DNA of 64,000 bases from an uncultured beta proteobacterium. Lineage in GTDB: Bacteria; Pseudomonadota; Gammaproteobacteria; Burkholderiales; SG8-39. The position numbers and the translations under genes are program-made. Positions within the stretch are counted from its first letter, which is position 1. Each line of letters begins with the position of its first letter. Below the pieces are notes generated by a model that saw nothing but the letters and a program-made list of their open reading frames with translations, had not been told where the DNA came from and ran no database searches. Where the stretch lies: NCBI GenBank assembly GCA_963743805.1, contig CAVUQY010000006.1, positions 36,183 through 100,182 on the forward strand, written 5' to 3'. Of the stretch, positions 1 through 9,470 are shown piece by piece.

Positions 1-576
1 CATGCGGAACGGGCCGGAGCCGATCGGCTCGGGAATCTGCTGGAACGCGTCGGTCTTGGCGATGCGCTCGGGCATGATGAACGGCACGTTCGAGGACGGC
101 TTGCCGAGCGCCTCGAGCACGTACGCGAACGGCTTCTTGAGCTTGAGGCGGAAGGTCTTGTCGTTCACCGCCGTCCACGACTCGGTCATCTCGCCGAGCT
201 TCTGCCCGAGCACGTCGCGCTTCGCCCAGCGCTCGATCGAGGCGATGCAGTCGGCCGAGCGCACCGGCTGGCCGTCGTGGAACTTCAGCCCGTCGCGCAG
301 CGTGAAGGTGTAGGTGAGCTTGTCGGCGCTCACGTCCCACTTGTCCACCATCTGCGGCTGGATCTGGAACTTCGCGTCGGTGGCGAACAGGGTGTCGTAC
401 ACCATGTAGCCGTGGTTGCGCGTGATGTACGCGGTCGTCCAGATCGGGTCGATCGAGCGCAGGTCGGCCTCGGGGATGAACCGGAGCACCTTCTGCTGCG
501 CCACGGCAGGGGCGGCGGCGAGCAGGCAGGCGGCGAGCGCCAGAGCGCGCAGACGGGTGGGAATGGGCTTGCTCAT
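1..576 (-). CDS. ABC transporter substrate-binding protein, family 5 (peptide/nickel type), N-terminal part; 3' end lies outside the window
   Basis: Own reverse translation from the ATG at 576: MSKPIPTRLRALALAACLLAAAPAVAQQKVLRFIPEADLRSIDPIWTTAYITRNHGYMVYDTLF... It has a signal peptide and SBP family 5-like sequence, with GGAGG about 7 nt upstream. It is absent from the ORF track because no stop lies in the window. Confidence 0.8.
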   Translation of the reverse strand, partial: MSKPIPTRLRALALAACLLAAAPAVAQQKVLRFIPEADLRSIDPIWTTAYITRNHGYMVYDTLFATDAKFQIQPQMVDKWDVSADKLTYTFTLRDGLKFHDGQPVRSADCIASIERWAKRDVLGQKLGEMTESWTAVNDKTFRLKLKKPFAYVLEALGKPSSNVPFIMPERIAKTDAFQQIPEPIGSGPFRM

Positions 577-735
577 CGAGTGCCTCCTCAGCGTGGGTCG
601 AGGAACGCACCGCCGCGGGCCGCGACGGTCTTCATCCCTGTCGAATCGCCTCGCGCGCGGACGCGGCGAGGTCTGGTGCCGGGCCATTCTGCCCCAGATC
701 GTCGGGGCGCGGCAACGCCGGCCGCCCGGGCGTTC

Positions 736-984
736 CTAGTCGTGCATCCGGAACGCGTGGAGCTGCCGTTCCTTCCAGTACATCCCGGCGAGCCGCAGCG
801 CGAGCTTGTCCACCGCGCCGAGCGGCGCGCCGACGAACTCGAGCACCCGGGCCGGGCGCGAGGCGTCGCCCTCGACGCGCTGCACCACCTTGCCGTCCAG
901 CTCGGAGTACTTCTTCGCCAGCTCGACCAGCTCTTCGTCGGTCGCTTCCGGCGGCACGTTGCCAATCCAGAGTCTCTCGCTCAT
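736..984 (-). CDS. small RRM-like (RNA-recognition-motif-like) protein, 82 aa
   Basis: Intact ORF 736..984. The N-terminus LWIGNVPPEATDEELVELAKKY resembles an RRM RNP-type strand. It lies 24 nt downstream of fabI on the same strand. Confidence 0.5.
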   Translation of the reverse strand: MSERLWIGNVPPEATDEELVELAKKYSELDGKVVQRVEGDASRPARVLEFVGAPLGAVDKLALRLAGMYWKERQLHAFRMHD

Positions 985-1008
985 CGGTTCGCTCCTCTCC
1001 CGGCGCCC

Positions 1009-1792
1009 TCACGCCATGATGTTCACGCCACCGTCGACGTAGATGGTCTGGCCGGTAATGCGGCGCGCGTACGGCGTCGCAAGATACGCGCAGGCGAAGC
1101 CGACGTCCATGATGTCGACCAGCTCGCCCACCGGGGCGCGCTGGATGGCGTCGTTCAGCATCATGTCGAAGTCCTTCAGGCCCGATGCGGCGCGCGTCTT
1201 CAGCGGCCCGGGCGAAATCGGGTGCACGCGGATGCCTTGCGGGCCCAGCTCGTACGCGAGGTAGCGGCACGCGGCCTCGAGCGCCGCCTTGATCGGCCCC
1301 ATCACGTTGTAGTTCGCGACCACCTTCTGCGCGCCGTGATAGCTCATCGCGAACATGGTGCCGCCGTCCTTCATCAGCGGCGCGGCGAGCCGCGCCATGC
1401 GGATGAACGAGTGGCAGGAGATGTCCATCGCCTTCGCGAAGCCGTCGGCCGAAGCAGTTCAGCAGCCCGCCCTGCAGGTCGTCCTTCGGCGCCCAGGCGA
1501 TGGAGTGCACGAGGATGTCGAGCCGGCCCCATTCCTTGGTCACGCGCTCGAAGACCGCCTCGAGCTCGCCGGGCCGCGCGACGTCCAGCGGCAGAAGGAG
1601 CGGCGACTCGAGCGTCTTCGCCAGCGGCTCGACGTAGGCGCGCGCCTTCTCGTTGAGATAGGTCATCGCGATGTCGGCGCCGAGCTCGTGGAACGCGGCC
1701 GCGCAGCCGTACGCGATCGAATGCTCGTTCGCGATGCCGACGACGAGCGCCTTCTTGCCCTTGAGCACCGGGCGGGGAATGTCGATTGCCAT
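1009..1792 (-). CDS. fabI: enoyl-[acyl-carrier-protein] reductase (NADH) FabI, split by a 1-nt insertion near 1445
   Basis: The N-terminal piece (frame of ORF 632..1792) reads MAIDIPRPVLKGKKALVVGIANEHSIAYGCA...DLQGGLLNC. The C-terminal piece is ORF 1009..1428, MDISCHSFIRMARLAAPLMKDGG...YVDGGVNIMA. Removing one t in ctgcTtcggcc restores NCSADGFAKAMDIS. Confidence 0.85.
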
Positions 1793-1825
1793 GCTGGTCT
1801 CCGGATTCAGCCCCGCGTCGCGGCG

Positions 1826-3008
1826 CTAGACGCCGAGCACGCGCCGGGTGTGGCGCGCGATCATCAGCTCCTCGTTGGTGGGAATCGCCCACGCCGCGAC
1901 ACGGCTTCCCGCGGCGTTGATGCGCGGCCCGCCCTTCGCGTTGGCGGCGGGATCGAGCGCGGCACCGAGCCACGCCGCGTCCCGGCAGATCCGCTCGCGG
2001 ATCGCCGCCGAGTTCTCGCCGATCCCGGCGGTGAACACGATCGCGTCGAGCCCGCCGAGCGCAGCGGCGAGCGACCCCATCTCGCGGCGGATGCGATAGC
2101 AGTAGAGGTCGATCGCGAGCTTCGCCCGCGGGTCGTCGGAGGCAAGCAGCGTGCGCATGTCGCTCGAGATCCCCGAGACGCCGAGCAGCCCCGACTGGTT
2201 GTAGATCAGCTTCTCGATGGCGCGGGCGTCCATGCTTGCGCTCGTCCATCAGGTAGAGGATCACGCCCGGGTCGAGCGCCCCGGTGCGGGTGCCCATCGG
2301 CAGGCCGTCGACCGCGGTGAAGCCCATGGTGCTCGCGACGCTCTTGCCCCCCTCGATGGCGCACATGCTCGCGCCGTTGCCGAGATGCAGCACGATCGTC
2401 CTGCCCGCGGCGGCGGCCGCGTCGTGCTGCGGCAGCACAGAGGCGATGTACTCGTACGACAGGCCGTGGAAGCCGTAGCGGCGCACGCCCGCGTCGTGGA
2501 GCTCGGACGGTATTGCGAACCGCTGGGCGATATCGGGGTTGGTGCGGTGGAACGACGTGTCGAAGCACGCGACCTGCGGCAGCTCCGGCGCAGCGCCGAG
2601 CAGGACGCGGATCGGCGCGAGGTTGTGCGGCTGGTGCAGCGGCGCGAGCGGGACGAGCTTCTCCAGCTTCGCGAGCACGCCCGCGTCCATGCGCACCGGC
2701 TCGCGGAAGTCGAGCGCGCCGTGCACGACGCGATGCCCGACGCCGACGAGCCGGTCGTCGGCGAGCTCCTGCCGCAGGAAATCCATCAGGTGCCGCAGCG
2801 ACGCGTCGTGACCGAGCTTGGTCCCCTCGCCCCAGGACTTCTCGCTCTTCGTCGCGCCATCGCGGCCCTTCGCGACGAAATGCGGCGCGGTGTAGATGCC
2901 CTCGATCTGTCCCCGGACGTCGAGCTCCAGGTCCGCGCCGCGCGCGAGGAACAGCGAGAACTTGATGCTGGACGAACCGGCGTTGAGTACGACGATCGCG
3001 TCGGCCAT
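1826..3008 (-). CDS. ackA: acetate (propionate/butyrate-type) kinase, frame break near 2235
   Basis: [20 protein letters not shown]...HRVVHG...[10 protein letters not shown]...[11 protein letters not shown]...[22 protein letters not shown], then ORF 1826..2233 ([23 protein letters not shown]...[15 protein letters not shown]...[12 protein letters not shown]). These are classic acetate-kinase motifs. Confidence 0.9.
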
Positions 3009-3015
3009 TGCGAAC

Positions 3016-4418
3016 CTACTGCTGCGGCGCGAGCTTCGCCCGCCGCGCGTGCGCAACGAGCGCCATGACCGCCGCCGACGCAAGCCGCGTGCGCACGTTG
3101 TCGGCGCGGCTCGTGAGCACGATCGGCACGCGCGTGCCGAGCACGATGCCCGCGCTGTCGGCGCCGGCGAGGTACTGCAGCTGCTTGGCGACCATGTTGC
3201 CGGCCTCGAGGTCGGGCACGAGCAGGATGTCCGCCTTGCCCGCCACGAGCGAGACGATCTTCTTGGTCTTGGCCGCCTCTTCGCTGATCGCGTTGTCGAA
3301 CGCGAGCGGACCGTCGAGCAGGCCCCCGGTGATCTGCCCGCGGTCGGCCATCTTGCAGAGCGCCGCGGCGTCGAGCGTGGACTGGATCTTCGGGTTGATC
3401 GTCTCGACCGCCGAGAGGATCGCGACCTTCGGCTGCTCGATGCCCAGGATCTGCGCGAGCTCGATCGCGTTCTGAACGATGTCGGCCTTGCACTCGAGGT
3501 CGGGGAAGATGTTGATCGCCGCGTCGGTCACCATGAGCGGCCGCGGGTAGGCGGGCACGTCCAGGATGAAGACGTGGCTGATGCGCCGCGCGGTGCGCAG
3601 GCCGGTCGCCGACGGCACCACCGCGCCCATCAGCTCGTCGGTGTGGAGGCTGCCCTTCATCAGCGCCTCGACTTCGCCGGCGCGCGCCAATGCGACCGCC
3701 TGCTCCGCGGCGGCATGACTGTGCTCGGTCGAGACGATCCGATAGGACCCCAGGTCACACCTTCTCGGCGGCGGCGACCGCACGGATCTTCGCCTCGGGC
3801 CCGACCAGCACCGGTACGATCAGCTTGCGCTTGGCCGCCTCGAGCGCGCCGAGCAGCGAGTCGCGGTCGCACGGGTGCACGATCGCGCAGCTCACCGGGT
3901 CGAGGCCCTCGCAGCGCTTGAGCAGCTTCGTGATCGCGTCGTTGTGACGCAGGATCAGCTCCGGCGTCGCCACCTCGTCGTACGCGATGCGGCGCGTGGG
4001 CGCCTCGACGGTCACGGTGCCGGTGATCAGGTCGATGCCGCTCTGCGCGACCCGGCACTCGAAGACGACGACGTTCCCCTTGGCGCGCTTCTCGCGCGGC
4101 GTCACGGTCGCCGTGACGGTGTCGCCGGTGCGGATCTTGCCGCGGAAGTGCAGGTCCTGGGACAGGATGCGCGTGCCCGGTCCGGGCATCCGCCGGTTCA
4201 GCAGCCCGGAGAGGATCGCCTCCGCCCCGACCGCCTGCGCGCTGACCGGGCCCTCGTCGCGCTCGAGCGCGCCGGCCTCGACGTGGTACGGATCCACGTC
4301 GCCCGACACGAGCGCCATCGCCTCGACTTCGGTGTGCGTGACCGGGCGGGAGATCGAGACCGGCTTGCCGATCTCGATCTCGTCGAAGGTTGATGTTGCG
4401 ATAGCTGCCGGTCGTCAT
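3016..4418 (-). CDS. pta: bifunctional MaoC-like enoyl-CoA hydratase / phosphate acetyl(butyryl)transferase, frame breaks near 4385 and 3770
   Basis: The N-terminal hot-dog domain is in ORF 3755..4318 (VSGDVDPYHVE...GKIRTGDTVTATVT...). The C-terminal PTA_PTB domain is in ORF 3016..3783 (KGSLHTDELMGAV...VTDAAINIFPDLE...LLVPDLEAGNMVAKQL...). The start MTTGSYRNIN is followed by an extra c. Confidence 0.85.
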
Positions 4419-4422
4419 GGGC

Positions 4423-6758
4423 TCAAGCCGCCTGGTTTTTCTTCTTCACCGCGGCGAGGCGTGGCGGCGCGGCGCCGAGCACCCGGCGCACCGTCTCGAC
4501 CACGTCGCGATCGTGCGCGCTCATGGAGCGCCCGAAGAGGCGCGGGTCGGCGCCGAGCTTGTCCATGAACGCGAGGAGCCGCTCGCGGTCGGCGCGCTCG
4601 CCGAGGAGCTTCGGCAGCGTCTCGATGGCCCGCTCCCGCGCATAGCGCACGACGATGTCCTGCTCGCCCCGCACGCGGCGCATCTCGTCGCGGGCGAGCG
4701 GCGGCAGGTACTCGGCATAGTCCGCCGCGAGCTCGCTGCTTGAGCTCGTATGGCGCGAGCGGGATGGTCGGGTCGTCCTCGGCCAGCAGCGCGCGCGACC
4801 CGGGCGGCCGCCGCGGCGTAGCCGCCTTCCGCGATCGACGCGAGCGCCTCCTTGACGAACGGCGCCTCGCGCGGGTCGACCTGCTTCGTGCGCGCCGCCT
4901 CGGCCTCCTGCTTGTCCGCCATGTAGAGCGCGAACATGTTGCCGTAGGTCTGGAAGAACTGCGCTTCGCTCGTCGCGTCGCGGACGTCGCGGTAGTAATC
5001 GAGCGACGCGCTCAGGATCTCGGACATCATCTGCTCGACCCGGCGGCTCGGCGCATCGTCCCCGAGCGCCTGCCGGTTCGCCTGGACCATCGCCGCGGCG
5101 GGCTTGAGCCAGGCGAGCCAGGGATTCTGGTCGGAAAACGCCCAGCGCTGGAAGCGCAGCGGATGGAACTCGCGCCCGAGCTTGGCGGTGTACTCGTTGG
5201 ACATCGCCTGCACGAGCGGCTGCGCGAAGAGCTCGTAGGCGCGCTGGTTGAAGTCGGAAACCGCCTCGACCGCCTCGAACGGCTTCTCGTCCACGCGCTT
5301 GTTGGGGCTGGCGCGCGCGACGACCTCCTCGAGCCGTGCGCTCGTGGAACTGCACGTCGTACTTCGGCTTGCCGTCGGCACCCTTCGTCTCGAGGATCTC
5401 CATGGCGAACAGCCCGGGCGGCAGCGCCTCGATCGACTTCAGCACCGAGACGATCTGCGCGTGCTCCTTTTTCGCCACGCCGCCGGACACGAAGATGCCG
5501 AGGTGTCCGATGCTCTTGTGGAGGAGGCCGACGATGACCTGACCGCGCGCCTTGATCTCGTCGGTCGAGCCGTACACGTCGGCCACCCAGTTGAACGCCT
5601 GCTGCGCGGGCGTGATGTTGTCGCCCATCGAGGCGAACAGGATGATCGGCGACTTGATCTCGCTTCAGGTCGAGCAGCTCGCCGGTCTTCGACTTCATCT
5701 TCCCGGACCAGAGATCGTTGCCGACGAACAGCTCCTGCGTGATCCACTCGATCTCCTCGCGGTTCAGCAGGAAGAACCCGCCCCACCAGCGCTCGAACTC
5801 GAGGAAGCGCGGCGTCTCGGTGTCGACGTTCGCGAACAGGTTGTAGTACTTGTCCCAGAACGTGTTCGACGGGATGCAGATTCTCGAAGTTCTGCACCAG
5901 GTGGGCGCCGTCGAAGACCCCGTTGCCGAGGTCGGCGGTGAGCGAAGCGAGCCACGTGCCGCCGAGGGCGCCGCCGGCGTACCGCATCGGGTTCTCGGCC
6001 TGCTCCTCCCCCGAGGCGCCGCCCCAGTACGACATCGGCGCGCCGTTGATCACGATCGGCCCCATCTCGTCGGGATCGGCGGCGGCGAGCATCATCGCCG
6101 CCCAGCCGCCCTGGCAGTTGCCCACGATCACGGGCCTGGGGCTGTCGGGATGCAGCTCGCGCACCCGGTGCACGAACTTCCGCTCGGCCTCGGTCACGTC
6201 GAGCAGCGTCTGCCCCGGCTCGGGCTGCGGATAGAACATCACGAAGTAGACCGGGTGGCCTTCGCGCAGCGCGACGCCGACCTGGGAGTCGTCCTTGAAC
6301 CCGCCGATGCCCGGGCCGTGGCCGGCGCGCGGGTCGATGATGACGTACGGCCGGCGCTTCGGATCGACGGTCACGCCCGGTGGCGGGACGATGCGCAGCA
6401 GCGCGTAGTTCACCGGCTTGTCAAAGGTGCGCGCGTCCAGCACCACCTCGTAATCGAAGTGCAGCACCGGCGGCATGCCCTGCCGGTTGTGCTCGACGTA
6501 CTGGTTGCCGCGCTGCCGGATCGCGTCCCAGAACAGCGTGGACCGCTGCGCGAAATCGACCGCGTAGCGCGACCAGTCGGTCCAGATGTCCCACGGGGAC
6601 ATCGGCTTGGACACGAGGTCGGCGACGTGCTTCGCGTAGGCGCTCTGCACGCGCTCGGTGAATCGCTGCTGCGCGGTTTGCGCGCGCTTCTGGAAGAGCT
6701 GCGCGACCTTTCCGGACAGGTCGTGCGTGCGGGAAAGCTGTTTTCCTAGGTCGGTCAT
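4423..6758 (-). CDS. DUF3141-type PhaC-like alpha/beta hydrolase (sometimes annotated 3-hydroxyalkanoate synthetase), about 4 frame breaks (near 5880, 5660, 5340, 4770)
   Basis: Pieces from ORFs 5439..6797, 5027..5698, 4423..5628 and 4521..5381 join into one roughly 775 aa protein. The PHA-synthase-like lipase box with Cys reads VIVGNCQGGWAAMMLAA. The likely start is MTDLGKQ at 6758, with GAAGGTG upstream. Confidence 0.8.
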
Positions 6759-6800
6759 GGGGGTCACCTTCGGGGCGGTCGGCGCAAACGGGGGCACTCA

Positions 6801-6817
6801 ATGGTGCACTGCACCAT
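6801..6817. promoter_or_regulatory. perfect 17-bp palindrome ATGGTGCA-C-TGCACCAT, a candidate operator upstream of the DUF3141 operon
   Basis: Read directly from the sequence. It lies 43-59 nt upstream of the 6758 start codon. An FNR-like TTGCG-N4-GTCAA box (6846..6859, coding-strand orientation) lies about 41 nt further upstream. Confidence 0.4.
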
Positions 6818-6889
6818 GAGGGTACCACACCGATGCGACAGGCTCTTGACCCCGCGCAAGGGCGTGGCCCGGTAGGGGTCCCGGGGCGG

Positions 6890-7795
6890 CTACTTTTCCT
6901 TCAGGAGCGCCGCGCGCGCCGCAGTGAGCTCCGACTTCGTCGCCGCGTCGATCTTCGGGTACGCGAGGTCGAGCTTCTCCAGCGCCTCGACGATCGCCGC
7001 GGCGACGACCAGGCGCGTGAACCACTTGTTGTCGGCCGGCACGACGAACCACGGCGCGTGCTTCGCCGCGGTCGCGCGGATCGCGTCCTCGTAGGCCGCC
7101 ATGTAGTCGTCCCAGTACTGCCGCTCGTGGACGTCCCCGGCGGCGAATTTCCAGTGCTTCTCGGGCTGGTCCAGGCGCTCCATGAAGCGCTTCTTCTGCT
7201 CCTTGCGCGAGACGTGCAGGAAGAACTTGAGGATCACCGTGCCGTTGCGCGCGAGATAGCGCTCGAACGCCGCGATGTCCTCGAGCCGCTCGTCCCAGAT
7301 CCGCTTGGTCACGAGCCGCCGCGGCAGCTTCTGGCGGGCGAGGATCGCCTCGTGGACCCGCACCACGAGCACCTCCTCGTAGTAGGAGCGGTTGAAGATG
7401 CCGATGCGGCCGCGCTCGGGCAGGCACTTCGTCGTGCGCCACAGGAAGTCGTGGTCGAGTTCCTCCGGCGAGGGCGACTTGAACGAGTACACCTGGCAGC
7501 CCTGCGGGTTCACGCCGCTCATGACGTGCTTGATCGTGCCGTCCTTGCCCGCCGCGTCCATCGCCTGGAACACGAGCAGCACCGACCAGCGGTCCTGCGC
7601 GTAGAGCTTGTCCTGCTCCTCGGCGAGCCATTCGACGCCCTGCGCGAGCACCGCCTGCGCCTCGTCCTTCTGGTCGGACTTGAGCTTGCGGGTGTCGTCC
7701 GGGTCGATGTCCTTGAGGCGGAAGCCCTTGCCCTTCGTGACGCGGTACGGTTCGACGAACTTCTCGATGCGGTCGAGGATCTCTTTCCTAGGCAT
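6890..7795 (-). CDS. ppk2: polyphosphate kinase 2 family protein (polyphosphate:nucleotide phosphotransferase)
   Basis: Intact 301 aa ORF. It has a Walker-A-like QAMDAAGKDGTIKHV, plus RSYYEEVLVVRVH, and is PPK2-like overall. Confidence 0.9.
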   Translation of the reverse strand: MPRKEILDRIEKFVEPYRVTKGKGFRLKDIDPDDTRKLKSDQKDEAQAVLAQGVEWLAEEQDKLYAQDRWSVLLVFQAMDAAGKDGTIKHVMSGVNPQGCQVYSFKSPSPEELDHDFLWRTTKCLPERGRIGIFNRSYYEEVLVVRVHEAILARQKLPRRLVTKRIWDERLEDIAAFERYLARNGTVILKFFLHVSRKEQKKRFMERLDQPEKHWKFAAGDVHERQYWDDYMAAYEDAIRATAAKHAPWFVVPADNKWFTRLVVAAAIVEALEKLDLAYPKIDAATKSELTAARAALLKEK

Positions 7796-7872
7796 GGCCG
7801 GGCCCCTTCGTGAACCGGCCGAAGTCTAGCGCACGCCATCTGCGTCCGATCCGTGATTGAATTGGCGCATTC

Positions 7873-8388
7873 ATGGGCACGCGCTTCGAGGCCGTCCGCG
7901 CCGACATCACCACGCTCGCCGTCGACGCGATCGTGAACGCCGCCAATGCGTCGCTCCTCGGCGGCGGCGGCGTCGACGGCGCGATCCACCGCGCGGCCGG
8001 TCCGGAGCTCCTCGCCGAGTGCCGCACCCTCGGCGGCTGCGCAACCGGCGACGCGAAGCTCACGCGCGGCTACCGGCTGCCCGCACGTCACGTGATCCAC
8101 GCCGTCGGGCCGGTGTGGCATGGCGGCACGCGCGGCGAGCCGGCGCTGCTCGCCGCCTGCTACCGACGCAGCCTCGAGATCGCGGTCGCGCACGGGCTCG
8201 GCACGATCGCGTTCCCCGCGATCAGCTGCGGCATCTACGGCTATCCGCTCGAGCTCGCCGCGCCGCTCGCGGTCGAGACCTGCGCGTCGTTCGTCGCGGC
8301 CGCGCCGCGGGTCGAGCGCGTCGTGTTCGCGCTGTTCGCCGACGACGCGCTGCGGGCCTACGAGGCCGCGCTCGCGCGGCTCGTTTGA
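7873..8388 (+). CDS. ymdB: macro-domain protein, O-acetyl-ADP-ribose deacetylase (YmdB-like)
   Basis: Intact 171 aa ORF. It has [24 protein letters not shown] and [13 protein letters not shown], which are macro-domain signatures. Confidence 0.9.
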   Translation: MGTRFEAVRADITTLAVDAIVNAANASLLGGGGVDGAIHRAAGPELLAECRTLGGCATGDAKLTRGYRLPARHVIHAVGPVWHGGTRGEPALLAACYRRSLEIAVAHGLGTIAFPAISCGIYGYPLELAAPLAVETCASFVAAAPRVERVVFALFADDALRAYEAALARLV

Positions 8389-8401
8389 GGCGGCGCGCGC
8401 G

Positions 8402-9470
8402 ATGGCCCCGCACGCCTCGCCGCTCGCACGCTACCTGCTGGCCGCGTACCTGCTGCTCGTCGTCTACGGCAGCCTCTATCCGCTCAACGGCTGGCGCGAC
8501 CAGGGTCTCTCGCCGCTCGCGTTCCTCGGCGCCGCGCTGCCGCGGTACTTCACCTGGTTCGACGTCGCGCTGAACGTCGCGGCCTACCTGCCGCTCGGCC
8601 TGCTCGCGGTGCTCGCTCTCGCGCCGCGGGTAAACGGCGCGGCCGCGGCACTGATCGCGACCGCCGGGCGCGACCGCGGTGAGCCTCGTGCTCGAAGCCG
8701 CGCAGAGCTATCTGCCCGAGCGCATCGCGTCGAACGCCGACCTGGCCGCGAACGCCGTGGGCGCGGCGATTGGCGCCGTCGCGGGGATTGCGATCTCCGG
8801 CCACCTGGCGCCCGAAGCGGGCTTGCGGCGCGTGCGCGCGCGCCTGTTCGGGGCGGGGCACGGCGTCGACCTCGGCCTGGTGCTGCTCGGGCTGTGGCTC
8901 TTCACCCAGCTCAATCCCGAGACGCTGCTGTTCGGCAACGGCGACCTGCGCGGCCTCATCGGCGGCGCGACCCCGGAGCTGTACCCGGCCGAGACGTTCG
9001 TGCGCATCGAGGCGGGAGTGGCCGCCGCGAACGTCGTGGCGGTGGCGCTGTTCGTCGCGCTGCTCGTCGCCGCGGACGGGCCGCGACGGCGCATCGCGGC
9101 CGCCGCGATCGTCGCTGCGCTCGCGGGCCGCACCATCGCGTTCGCGATCCTCTTCGAGCCGCAGGCGGCGTTCGCCTGGCTCACGCCGGGCGCGGCCACC
9201 GGGCTCGCGCTCGGCAGCGTCGTCGCGCTCGGCGCGGTCGGGTTCCCGCGCGCGGGTGCGGTCGCGCTGTGCGGGCTCGCGCTCATGGCGGCGACCGCGC
9301 TCGTCAATCTCGCGCCCGAGAATCCGTACCTCGCGCACTCGCTCGCGGTCTGGTGGCAGGGGCACTTCTTCAACTTCAACGGGCTGACGCGCACCGTCTC
9401 GACGCTCTGGCCGTTCGCGGCGCTCGTCTACCTGCTCGCGATGGCCACGCGCGCCCGCGTCACGCGATGA
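8402..9470 (+). CDS. VanZ-family membrane protein, frame break near 8670
   Basis: MAPHASPLARYLLAAYLLLVVYGSLYPLNGW... (frame of ORF 8120..) continues in ORF 8679..9470 (LEAAQSYLPERIASNADLAANAVGAAIG...). It is polytopic. Its stop overlaps the asmA-like start. Confidence 0.7.

Noticed and set aside
277-1656. A 459-aa ORF on the plus strand, and similar very long ORFs elsewhere: 27493..30348 minus (951 aa), 36307..39150 plus (947 aa), 25017..27536 minus (839 aa) and 16867..18399 minus.
   Set aside because: They are Arg/Ala/Pro/Gly-rich translations antisense to, or out of frame with, genes that have clear family signatures. Spurious open frames of this kind are typical of about 70% GC DNA.
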